Positions 49,384-58,097 of a DNA stretch of 64,000 nucleotides are shown here, piece after piece (the first letter of the stretch is position 1; each line of letters opens with the position of its first letter). Where the stretch lies: contig CP084166.1 of the NCBI GenBank assembly GCA_021513695.1, positions 2,752,001-2,816,000 on the forward strand, written 5' to 3'. The position numbers and the translations under genes are program-made. The stretch comes from Candidatus Heimdallarchaeum aukensis (GTDB lineage: Archaea > Asgardarchaeota > Heimdallarchaeia > Heimdallarchaeales > Heimdallarchaeaceae). The notes beneath the pieces were generated by a model. That model was not told the DNA's origin, did no database searches, and worked only from the letters and a program-made list of their open reading frames with translations.

Positions 49384-50286
49384 ATGGCAATTAAAGATGA
49401 AGTTGAGATAAAAACGAAAGAGTTTCAGATTAGTGTTGATATAATCTATTGGGTTATAGCAGTTTTTGCGGGATTGGTTATAGTTGTATTAGGTGTTTTA
49501 GATTATATTTCTTCTACTGATTTGATAACCATATTAGATATAAATGACTTTATTATATTAGCCATAATTATATCAATGGGTATTCCAACCTTTTTAATAG
49601 TTTACAGAGAAGAACGTAGACAAGCTCGTATTGATGAGAATTTACCATATCTCCTCCGTGAAATCTCAAATGCACAACGAACAGGTATGAGTCTCCCTCG
49701 AGCAATAAAAGAAGCAGCGAAGAGACACTATGGTCCTTTAACTCCCGAATTACGTAAAATGTCAAGTAAAATTTCTTGGGGTATTCCTTTTAGTAAAGCT
49801 ATGTCTGATTTTCAAAGTGCAATAAATACACAGATGGCTCAGAGAGCTACCATTCTAATTTTAGAGGCTGAACGTTCTGGAGGAAATCTAGAGGATATTT
49901 TTGAATCAACAGAGAAACATGTTCAACAGTTACTTGATCTCAAAAAAGAACGAGAAGGAGCAATGCGACCCTACTTGATGATTTGTTATGCTGCATACAT
50001 CATTTTTGTCTTAGTGGTCTTCATATTATTCCAAACATTCTTTTATCCTTTTGGTACATTGGATGTTTCTAGTGAGATGTTTAGTTTTAGTATAGATTTA
50101 GATACACTTTCTGTTCTGTTCCTTCATATGCTAGCTGTCCAAGGCTTCTTCACTGGTCTTGTTGCTGGAAAAATGGCAAAAACAAAAGTTAAAGCAGGAT
50201 TAATGCATTCTGTGATACTAATGTTTATTGGTTGGTTTGCATTTAAAGTTCTCATTCAAAATCAACTTATCACACTAAATTTGTAA
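49384..50286 (+). CDS. TadB/TadC (FlaJ/GspF-like) pilus assembly membrane protein 2
   Basis: Second T2SSF-like domain ...LPYLLREISNAQRTGMSLPRAIKEAAKRH...; GGAGGA RBS. Confidence 0.55.
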   Translation: MAIKDEVEIKTKEFQISVDIIYWVIAVFAGLVIVVLGVLDYISSTDLITILDINDFIILAIIISMGIPTFLIVYREERRQARIDENLPYLLREISNAQRTGMSLPRAIKEAAKRHYGPLTPELRKMSSKISWGIPFSKAMSDFQSAINTQMAQRATILILEAERSGGNLEDIFESTEKHVQQLLDLKKEREGAMRPYLMICYAAYIIFVLVVFILFQTFFYPFGTLDVSSEMFSFSIDLDTLSVLFLHMLAVQGFFTGLVAGKMAKTKVKAGLMHSVILMFIGWFAFKVLIQNQLITLNL

Positions 50287-50295
50287 GGTGATTGT

Positions 50296-50727
50296 ATGGT
50301 AAAAATCGAAACTGAAATAAAAAATATCAAAGCAGATATTGAGGAACTAAAACGAACTTTAAACCAAATGAACTTTAATTTGGTTAGAATAATGGGCACA
50401 ATAGAAAAAGGAATTGCCAGTGTTTCTACTACAGAAGATGGAGAAAAAGTGGTAACTTCTGGAGTTTCTGTTGATTTGGGACCAATTGAAGATAAAATAG
50501 AAAAACTGGAAAAAGAAATGGTTACCAAAAAAGAGCTGAGTAAGCTCGAAGCACGAGTCTCTGAAATAGTTTCTGAAAAAATTAAAAGAGCTGAAGAAAC
50601 ACAAGATAGAGCTCAAAATCTGCTTGAAAAAGGAATGGAATTGGTGGAATTACAGTCAACTCTGGCAGAAATAAAAACACTATTGGAAGAAAGAATTCTC
50701 GGAGATTTGGAAGAAGAAACAGAGTAA
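50296..50727 (+). CDS. Small coiled-coil protein
   Basis: 143 aa, E/K-rich heptad pattern; within pilus locus. Confidence 0.35.
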   Translation: MVKIETEIKNIKADIEELKRTLNQMNFNLVRIMGTIEKGIASVSTTEDGEKVVTSGVSVDLGPIEDKIEKLEKEMVTKKELSKLEARVSEIVSEKIKRAEETQDRAQNLLEKGMELVELQSTLAEIKTLLEERILGDLEEETE

Positions 50728-50736
50728 ATCAAATAG

Positions 50737-51888
50737 GTGATTAATCCCGTGATTCTAAAAAAACTAAGAAGAATGAGAAAAGGACAAGTTAGGGGGATAG
50801 ATTTTGCTTTAGGCATGCTTATTTTTATTATTGCTTTTAGTCAAGTAATAATAGTTCTTACTCATCTTCTTGTACCTTCAATAATGCAAATGGAGAATTA
50901 TTCAGAATACCAAGAGTTGGATAAATTATATGGGTTAATATATTATTCAAAAGGAAATCCTTCTAATTGGGCAACAATAGGAACTTCTTCGTTAACAGAT
51001 TTTTCTTTAGGATTAAGTGGTGATGATGGACAATTATCTTTTTCTAAAATAAATAGGTTAACATCAGATATTGCTGATTATTGGAAAATTGATTATCAAT
51101 TTGTAAAAACATCTTATGGACTTTTGAAAGATTTCGCTATCTCTGTAGATTCAGTTATAAAGATCCAACTAGATAGTTTTTCTGCAGGTTTTGGCTCTCT
51201 CACTGTAAAAGGAAAAGTTTTGGAGGATACAGTATCGATTGAAAATGTTGCAATCACTACTTTTGCTTTGGATAAAGAAAATAACTTGTTTATTAATACT
51301 ACAACAACAAAGAAAAATACAAATGAAGCTACTTTTATCTCAACCCTTTCAGTATCTACTTCAAATTATTATACTATTGTAATTTTTGCTAATATTGATG
51401 AAATTTATGAAACATATTATGTGTTTAGAATCTACAAACCTAATGATAGTTTTGAATATGAGAAAGTAGATTTTAACTTTCGACCATTAGTTTTAGAGAA
51501 CAAAGAAAAACATTCATCAGCAATCGATGTTCGCTTTTCTAGTCCAGCTATAACAGAAGAAGCAGTAGCTACTGTTCTATTTTCAAAAAGAGATGTAGGA
51601 AAAAGTTTCTATAATCAGACCTTATCTCAAGAATCTTCTTTAGAAGAAGGAAATTTTTATTTAGGAACAAACATTCCTATCCCCACTCAAGGATTGGCAG
51701 TAGTTGTTGTACAAGAAAATGATGGGTTAAATTACAGAGCAGGGTACATGGGTATCCCCATGTTTTTGACAGAGACTGCTTCAAGCATTTTTGGAAATGA
51801 AGAAATTCTTTCAGGTGAATACATTTATTCATTTGATCTGCTTTATGTCAGAAACAGATTAGTTAAATGTCAAATTTGGGTGAATTAG
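50737..51888 (+). CDS. Pilin-like protein with class III (type IV prepilin) signal peptide
   Basis: N-terminus KKLRRMRKGQVRGIDFALGMLIFIIAF (basic stretch, K-G, hydrophobic helix). Confidence 0.5.
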   Translation: MINPVILKKLRRMRKGQVRGIDFALGMLIFIIAFSQVIIVLTHLLVPSIMQMENYSEYQELDKLYGLIYYSKGNPSNWATIGTSSLTDFSLGLSGDDGQLSFSKINRLTSDIADYWKIDYQFVKTSYGLLKDFAISVDSVIKIQLDSFSAGFGSLTVKGKVLEDTVSIENVAITTFALDKENNLFINTTTTKKNTNEATFISTLSVSTSNYYTIVIFANIDEIYETYYVFRIYKPNDSFEYEKVDFNFRPLVLENKEKHSSAIDVRFSSPAITEEAVATVLFSKRDVGKSFYNQTLSQESSLEEGNFYLGTNIPIPTQGLAVVVVQENDGLNYRAGYMGIPMFLTETASSIFGNEEILSGEYIYSFDLLYVRNRLVKCQIWVN

Positions 51889-52356
51889 ATGAGAAAATTG
51901 TTAAAATCAAAAAAAGCACAACTGTTTGTTATTGAAGCTTTCATTGCTGTTTCTGTAATGTTAATAATGGTCATCGCAATTTACGAGGTACAATTGGCTA
52001 CTGTCCCTCCAAAAGAGCAAGGATATACTGAACTAACCTATAACATACTAGAGTCTCTAGATCAGAGTGGAATACTTGAAGAGTATGTAATTGCTCTTAA
52101 GTCTGAAAATCCTGATACAATAGGAAATGTTCAAGAAAAAATAAGTTTGGCAGTTTACTCATCAATTCCCGAAAATGCTGATTTTTATTTCTACTGCAAG
52201 AATTTGACAACAAATGAAATAGTTACTTCGAGTATAATTAATATTCTAGATACCGATCAAGTAAATGTTTTCACTTCAGAATATTTAATTACAGAAGTTA
52301 ATGGAGAGTTTGATCCATATAGTTTCTATTTAGCTGTTTGGATAGTAGGTGTCTAA
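51889..52356 (+). CDS. Pilin-like protein with class III signal peptide
   Basis: MRKLLKSKKAQLFVIEAFIAVSVMLIMVIAIY. Confidence 0.5.
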   Translation: MRKLLKSKKAQLFVIEAFIAVSVMLIMVIAIYEVQLATVPPKEQGYTELTYNILESLDQSGILEEYVIALKSENPDTIGNVQEKISLAVYSSIPENADFYFYCKNLTTNEIVTSSIINILDTDQVNVFTSEYLITEVNGEFDPYSFYLAVWIVGV

Positions 52357-53038
52357 TATGAATAAAAGAAAATTCTTTCAAAATAAAAAAGGAGAAGTAT
52401 TTATTTTACTTGCTCTAGTTATTCTACTCTATCTAATGTTATTGTCTACAACAATTTATAATGTTACCCAGATTCCTTATGTGGATCCTGCTCCCGAACA
52501 AGACCAAACAAACAATTATATCGAAAATGCTATTTCTGCACTATATGATCTCGTAGATGTTGCTTTAAATGAATATTCACATGGAATTGAAGAAACAACT
52601 GTTCGAGCTAACTTTGTTGAAAATGTAAAAACAATCGAAAATTATCTCGATGAACACAATCTTTTATCTACTTTTACAGTGAATGAAACAAGTTTTAGTA
52701 TTACAAACTCTTCAAAGAGTGAGAATCCTGTTTACATATCGTTTGAATGTTCCATTTCTATCTCGATTATTTCTATTAACCAGAGATTTGAAGCAAATTT
52801 AGAAATTAAAGTGAGTTATTACTTGGAAATATCTGAAATATTAGGTACTGAAAACTACATTTATTGCTACTCAATAAAACAAGGAATAGAGTTTCCATTA
52901 AGTGATTGTCAGGTAACTATCTCTCCAACCACAACAGTAACAAATATCGGGGATGGTAGTTACATGGCTGATTTACAAACAGGACAGTTAATAAAAGTGG
53001 TCTTTAACAATAACATTCTTTTGTGGAAGGAGATTTAA
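52349..53038 (+). CDS. Pilin-like protein with class III signal peptide
   Basis: MNKRKFFQNKKGEVFILLALVILLYLML. Confidence 0.5.
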   Translation: MSNMNKRKFFQNKKGEVFILLALVILLYLMLLSTTIYNVTQIPYVDPAPEQDQTNNYIENAISALYDLVDVALNEYSHGIEETTVRANFVENVKTIENYLDEHNLLSTFTVNETSFSITNSSKSENPVYISFECSISISIISINQRFEANLEIKVSYYLEISEILGTENYIYCYSIKQGIEFPLSDCQVTISPTTTVTNIGDGSYMADLQTGQLIKVVFNNNILLWKEI

Positions 53039-53077
53039 AAATAGAAAAATGATTAAAAAAGCTTCTATTTATTTTAA

Positions 53078-53707
53078 CTATTGAATGTCAATAGACACTC
53101 CTTCATCCTTTTCTTCTTCCTTACGTTGAATAACAACTTCTAATACACCATTGTTGTATTTTGCTTTAGCAGTCTCAATTTTTACTGGAACAGGTAATTC
53201 TATTTTCTTTTCGTATTTTCTATCTTTTGAATGTGCCTTTATACTTAACCTTGATTCAGAACCTGTGAGTTTTATGTCTCCTTTACTAATTCCTGGGACT
53301 TCAGCGATCACTCTAACTTTATCTTTCTCTTTAAAAATATCAATAAGTGGTTCTCTAACATCATATGTTTCTACATGCCCTGTTCCTCTAGGCTTTACAT
53401 TTCCAAATTGTCTAAAACTAGGTTTTCCATCAGGGTCAAAGCCAATCTGAAAACCATAAACAAATTGATTTCTTAACAAATCTTCTAAACTTGTATCAGC
53501 ATCTAGATTCTCTCTTAAGTTTTTCATTAACTCTTTGATCATATTATCTATCATTCTTCCAAAACTTGAACCCTTCATAAATGGCATAAACTGTTCCATA
53601 AACTCATCTATGTCAAATCCATCGAACGAAAAGTCATCAATTTTAAAAGGAAATGGAAAGTCATCATCATCTGGTTTTTTACCTTTTTTCTTTTTATCAT
53701 TTGGCAT
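53078..53707 (-). CDS. Hsp20/alpha-crystallin small heat-shock protein with acidic/Phe-rich N-terminus
   Basis: ACD region ...VRVIAEVPGISKGDIKLTGSESRLSIKAH...KIELPVPVKIETAKAKYNNGVLEVVIQRKE. Confidence 0.75.
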   Translation of the reverse strand: MPNDKKKKGKKPDDDDFPFPFKIDDFSFDGFDIDEFMEQFMPFMKGSSFGRMIDNMIKELMKNLRENLDADTSLEDLLRNQFVYGFQIGFDPDGKPSFRQFGNVKPRGTGHVETYDVREPLIDIFKEKDKVRVIAEVPGISKGDIKLTGSESRLSIKAHSKDRKYEKKIELPVPVKIETAKAKYNNGVLEVVIQRKEEEKDEGVSIDIQ

Positions 53708-53796
53708 TCTATCACCAATCAGACTTATATTTATTCACAAATATAAACTTAACAATATAAACAAAATAAGAGAAAGGAAAATGGAGAATTAATTTA

Positions 53797-55326
53797 TCAT
53801 CTCAAAGCCTTCTTCGCTTTTTCCAATGTTCTATCAGGGTCAGAATTATACTCTTGAATAATAGAAGCAACATCTTCAAAGTAACGGATTCTCTTTTTTA
53901 CCATCCAGCGTAGAACTGTTTTTCTCCTTTCAAGTTCATCATGGATATCTTGCTCTGTTATTCCAGTATTTTCCATTATTTTTTCTAAGACATAACTTCT
54001 ACCAAAGTAAATAAATGAATCTTCTCTTGGATTCCACTGAAATACTTTGTTTGTGAGAATTTCTTCAGTAACTGGATCTAACCCTATTAATTCTGTAATA
54101 GTTAGTGTTCTTCTTGCAAATTTTCCTTGATGGCGTACTTTTCTAACTACATGGATAATATCTAAACTCTTCATCATGCTTCTTGGAATATTCATTGGTT
54201 TACTCTCAAGCCTGTGGATAACACCTTCAACTGAGTCACCATGAATGGTACCTAGCCCTCTATGCCCAGTACTCATAGCTTGGAACATTGCATAAGCTTC
54301 CTCACCTCTAATTTCTCCTACAATAATATAGTCTGGTCTTTGTCTCATAGCTGCTCGAAGTAACTCGTACATAGAAATTTGTCCTCGTCTATATCCTGTT
54401 TCTGTTGCTTCTCCAAAACCAGAGCGAACAACGCTTGGAATCCAGTTCTCATGTGCTAAATTTAGTTCTGCTGTATCTTCAATTGTAACGATTTTCATAT
54501 CGGGTTTAATCATCATACTTAGGGTATTAAGTAAAGTAGTCTTTCCTGCAGCCGTACCTCCTGCCACGAGAATAGATACATTGTGCTCCATTATGAACCA
54601 ATAATAAGCTGCAATCTCGATGTCAATAGTATTATAAAGAATTAAATCTGTAATTGTGAAGGGATCAGCCTTAAATTTACGAATAGTAAAGGTTGAACCT
54701 CTTTGAGTTACTTCTCTTCCATAAGTTAGTTGCACTCTGCTACCATCTTCTAAACTTGCATCCAATAAAGGATTAGCAATACTTACATGTCTTCCTGCTC
54801 TCTGAGCTAATTTAATAATAAAGCTGTTCAATTCGTCCTCTGTATCAAAAGATACATTAGTTGCAATAGATTCATATTTTCTGTGCCAAACATAAATAGG
54901 AATACCTACACCATCACATGATATATCTTCAATATTAGGGTCAAGCATAAGTGGTTGTATCTTCCCAAAGCCAATGAGATCTCTTGTCAAATAATACATT
55001 ATTTTCTCGAACTGATTTTCATTAAGTTTTATACGATATCGTTTAATGACATCAACTATTTTCTTTTTTAGATATTCTTCTGCTTTAGTAAAATCTTTGA
55101 GAACACTAAAATCAACATCTAATTCTTCAATGAGAATCTCTAAAATCTTGTTGTAAATAGCTTTTTCCTTGCTGTCTAGTGGGATTTCCACAACCATATA
55201 TTGGGTTCTTTGTGTAACAGGATTCGTTTGAATTAATACATAACTAAAGGGAGGACTAACAGGATAGGTTTCTTCTAAAAGAGGAACTGAACTGTCCATT
55301 GACATTGTACCGAAATTTTCATCCAT
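53797..55326 (-). CDS. Type IV pilus/archaellum-type secretion ATPase (FlaI/TadA/VirB11 family)
   Basis: Walker A VAGGTAAGKTTLLNTL, Asp box, Walker B, His box; N-terminal domain typical of FlaI-like ATPases. Confidence 0.8.
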   Translation of the reverse strand: MDENFGTMSMDSSVPLLEETYPVSPPFSYVLIQTNPVTQRTQYMVVEIPLDSKEKAIYNKILEILIEELDVDFSVLKDFTKAEEYLKKKIVDVIKRYRIKLNENQFEKIMYYLTRDLIGFGKIQPLMLDPNIEDISCDGVGIPIYVWHRKYESIATNVSFDTEDELNSFIIKLAQRAGRHVSIANPLLDASLEDGSRVQLTYGREVTQRGSTFTIRKFKADPFTITDLILYNTIDIEIAAYYWFIMEHNVSILVAGGTAAGKTTLLNTLSMMIKPDMKIVTIEDTAELNLAHENWIPSVVRSGFGEATETGYRRGQISMYELLRAAMRQRPDYIIVGEIRGEEAYAMFQAMSTGHRGLGTIHGDSVEGVIHRLESKPMNIPRSMMKSLDIIHVVRKVRHQGKFARRTLTITELIGLDPVTEEILTNKVFQWNPREDSFIYFGRSYVLEKIMENTGITEQDIHDELERRKTVLRWMVKKRIRYFEDVASIIQEYNSDPDRTLEKAKKALR

Positions 55327-55585
55327 TTTATCTCTATATCGTTAAAGCATTCATTACTTATAATTTTTTTGAATTTATCTAAAGAAAAAGGCAAAACGTG
55401 AAAAAAGCTTGTAAAAGAATTTACAAAGACTAATGACAATTTGACGAGAATAAAAAGTGAAAAACAGAAATTTATTTGATTTGCAAAACTTTTTCATGTT
55501 AAAAAGATAAAAAGAATTAAAGTTAATTGGTAATTGTTAGTTAATTTATAGTAACTGTTAATCTGTTAATTGCTATGATTCTTTA

Positions 55586-56182
55586 TTAGATGTATCTAGG
55601 AGATAACATTCCTATAATAATAAGGAACATTTTCTTGAAAAAGTTTAGAGGTTTAATAGAATCAAATATCTCTTTCAATGATCTTGATGTATCTCCAGTA
55701 AAAACTCTAAAAGCACATGCTTTATCATATTTACAATTCACACAATTTTTCCTGAACTTTTCTCCTTCTTCTAAAAGCCCATTTTCAGCAATTATGTTTT
55801 GAAATTCATTAAATGCCGATATGTCTCCATTGAATAAATCTATTTTTTCTCCGAAATTGTCATCAAAGAGTTCAGCCATCAATCTTAATCTGTTAGTATA
55901 TTCGTCGACATTAACTGGGGGTTTCAAAGCAAATATTGCATTGATTCTTTCAGTTTGATAGCTGAGAACTATTGATTTTTCCATTTCGAATAAATGAAAT
56001 TCATAGGATTGAGCTCCATCATAAATAATTTTTGCACTAAATAAAGCAGATTTTAATAAGGATTCATCGTCTATAGTCGCTTCTTTAGATAAATCAACAC
56101 AATGAACACCTATATGACACATTAAAGATCTTGCAAAGAGTGGTATTCCTGCTTGATTTGAAATAATTAAATTTTGTATCAT
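55586..56182 (-). CDS. Roadblock/LC7 (MglB-like) domain protein with C-terminal Cys cluster
   Basis: MIQNLIISNQAGIPLFARS... roadblock-type N-terminus; CVNCKYDKACAF near C-terminus. Confidence 0.5.
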   Translation of the reverse strand: MIQNLIISNQAGIPLFARSLMCHIGVHCVDLSKEATIDDESLLKSALFSAKIIYDGAQSYEFHLFEMEKSIVLSYQTERINAIFALKPPVNVDEYTNRLRLMAELFDDNFGEKIDLFNGDISAFNEFQNIIAENGLLEEGEKFRKNCVNCKYDKACAFRVFTGDTSRSLKEIFDSIKPLNFFKKMFLIIIGMLSPRYI

Positions 56183-56296
56183 TGTTAATTATAATAAAAA
56201 ATGAACATTTAAATACTTTTCATAGAACTAATTTTGTCTTTTTGTATTCCTAAACGATGAAAAATGTAAGAATTGAATAATCAAATTTATGAAAAA

Positions 56297-56773
56297 TCAA
56301 ACTCCACTTGAAAAAGTAATTCTTTTGTTTGTTCCATCATAAAGATAAGCTATAATCGGATTCTTTTGAGAGCTCACTATTTCTCCAGAAAATGTTACTT
56401 CAGATTTTTCAAGATATAGTGTTACCGTTGCTGAAACATCCTCATTTTCTACTAAATATGCGTACATGAGGTACTCTGTTGCACTATCTGGTAGTAAATA
56501 AGTTATTACATACTCTTCTTCTTGAATTTTATCAGGTAAAGATAATGATAGTTGTATTGTAAAATCTGTTGCTCCTTGTTGAATTTTTTTGTCTCCAAAC
56601 TGTTTCAAGTCTAGAATTGAGTTAGCGACTTTTTGCAGTATTTGTTCTAAACTTGATTCTATTGCTCTATTTTCCAAAGAATTGTTTAAGCTGACCATAG
56701 TTGCTGATATTCCTGCAATAGCTAATGAACCAATCATAATAATGGATAAATACATAACATACTCGCTTGGCAA
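56297..56773 (-). CDS. Putative pilin-like/secreted membrane-anchored protein
   Basis: N-terminal hydrophobic helix, Ser/Thr-rich beta-type body similar to neighbour pilins; no clear basic prepilin motif. Confidence 0.3.
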   Translation of the reverse strand: MPSEYVMYLSIIMIGSLAIAGISATMVSLNNSLENRAIESSLEQILQKVANSILDLKQFGDKKIQQGATDFTIQLSLSLPDKIQEEEYVITYLLPDSATEYLMYAYLVENEDVSATVTLYLEKSEVTFSGEIVSSQKNPIIAYLYDGTNKRITFSSGV

Positions 56774-56782
56774 ACCTTTTTC

Positions 56783-57640
56783 TCACCCTATAATATTTAT
56801 ATTGATGTTTATCTTAATAATGTTAACGTAAAGATAATGAAAACTGTAATTTTCATTTACTGGAACATATACAGGCTGTTCTTCTTCCAAGGTATGGTGT
56901 TCTCCATAAACATTAGCTTTTCCTATTAAATCCGAATTAAAAGCAATTGGTTCCAGAGATGTTTTCTCTGTTCCACTAAATTCAATTTCTAAGGATATAG
57001 ATTTTGTTGTATTTTCGACTCCAAACTCGCTGTTAGTGCTAATTGAGACATGAATAATATCAATAGTAAAAATTTCTGTTGTCCCTTCTGTCTTATAATC
57101 AATATCGATGCTGTATCTATAGTATAAAGACATATACAAATAAGCAGGATCAAATATTGTTCTGGTCTCATTTATCACTGTAATGTCATTATATAATTTG
57201 GTACTACCATTAATAAATAAATAATCTTGGTCTTCAGGGCCTTTAAGATATCTGTGTTCTCCTTCTTCGAAATCTTCAACATTTGTACTTTTATGTACTA
57301 ATCTAGTCAAGTTTTCTGCTAGAATTGATTTGCTAAAAGAACTTGCTGTATCATATAAGGTGAAATAAACTACTTTACTATTATCGAAGTATAAAGAACC
57401 ATCTTCTTGGTAATAATCAAAAGAAATAGCCTGAGGTGGAGGATTTACAAGTAAGTTCTGAATGTTTGAGTCTAGTGCACTAAAATATAAACGAACAGAA
57501 TTATTGTAACTATTATCTTTAAACTGTATAATGCTAGGAAACATATAAACTAAAGATATGCCTATAGCTGCTAATATAAGCGTAAACATAAGTATTGTTG
57601 CTACTATTGGAGATACTCCCTTCTTTCTATTCAGTTTCAT
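56783..57640 (-). CDS. Archaeal type IV pilin/archaellin-like protein (class III signal peptide)
   Basis: MKLNRKKGVSPIVATILMFTLILAAIGISL is a textbook prepilin-peptidase site (KG followed by VSPIVATIL). Confidence 0.6.
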   Translation of the reverse strand: MKLNRKKGVSPIVATILMFTLILAAIGISLVYMFPSIIQFKDNSYNNSVRLYFSALDSNIQNLLVNPPPQAISFDYYQEDGSLYFDNSKVVYFTLYDTASSFSKSILAENLTRLVHKSTNVEDFEEGEHRYLKGPEDQDYLFINGSTKLYNDITVINETRTIFDPAYLYMSLYYRYSIDIDYKTEGTTEIFTIDIIHVSISTNSEFGVENTTKSISLEIEFSGTEKTSLEPIAFNSDLIGKANVYGEHHTLEEEQPVYVPVNENYSFHYLYVNIIKINININIIG

Positions 57641-58097
57641 TCTCTTGTTTTAATTTGACTATAACAAATATAACCTTATTGGTTTTTCTTTGCTCTATGA
57701 AATAAGCTAATAATAATTTACATACTTAGACTTAATGATAACTTATTATTTGTTAATAGTTATCAAATTTTTTTCAACTCTCTTTTTCTTTTATCATTTT
57801 ACTCACTTTTCATTGCATTACTTTTTAAAACAATTTTACTTTTTAGTTTCTCTTTATTTTATCTAGTAAGTCGTATATAGTTTATGTAATGGCATTTTGT
57901 CGGAAGTACTGGGGCTTGAAATTACTGTTTGCAAAATAAGTTTTTTACACTATGATGTAAAAAAAAATTAAGTGAAAAAAAGTTAGGTGCTTATAAAAGG
58001 TAAAAGAGTTTTAAATGGAAAGAGAATCTTTAAGAAAAATTTTCTTGTTTAAGTACTAAAGTCTCTAAAAGTTATTAGAAGAAAATAGGGGATAATA

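Noticed and set aside
53151-53792. Plus-strand ORFs 53151..53450 and 53535..53792 overlapping the Hsp20 gene
   Set aside because: Antisense to a clear alpha-crystallin-domain gene; Ser-rich low-complexity products
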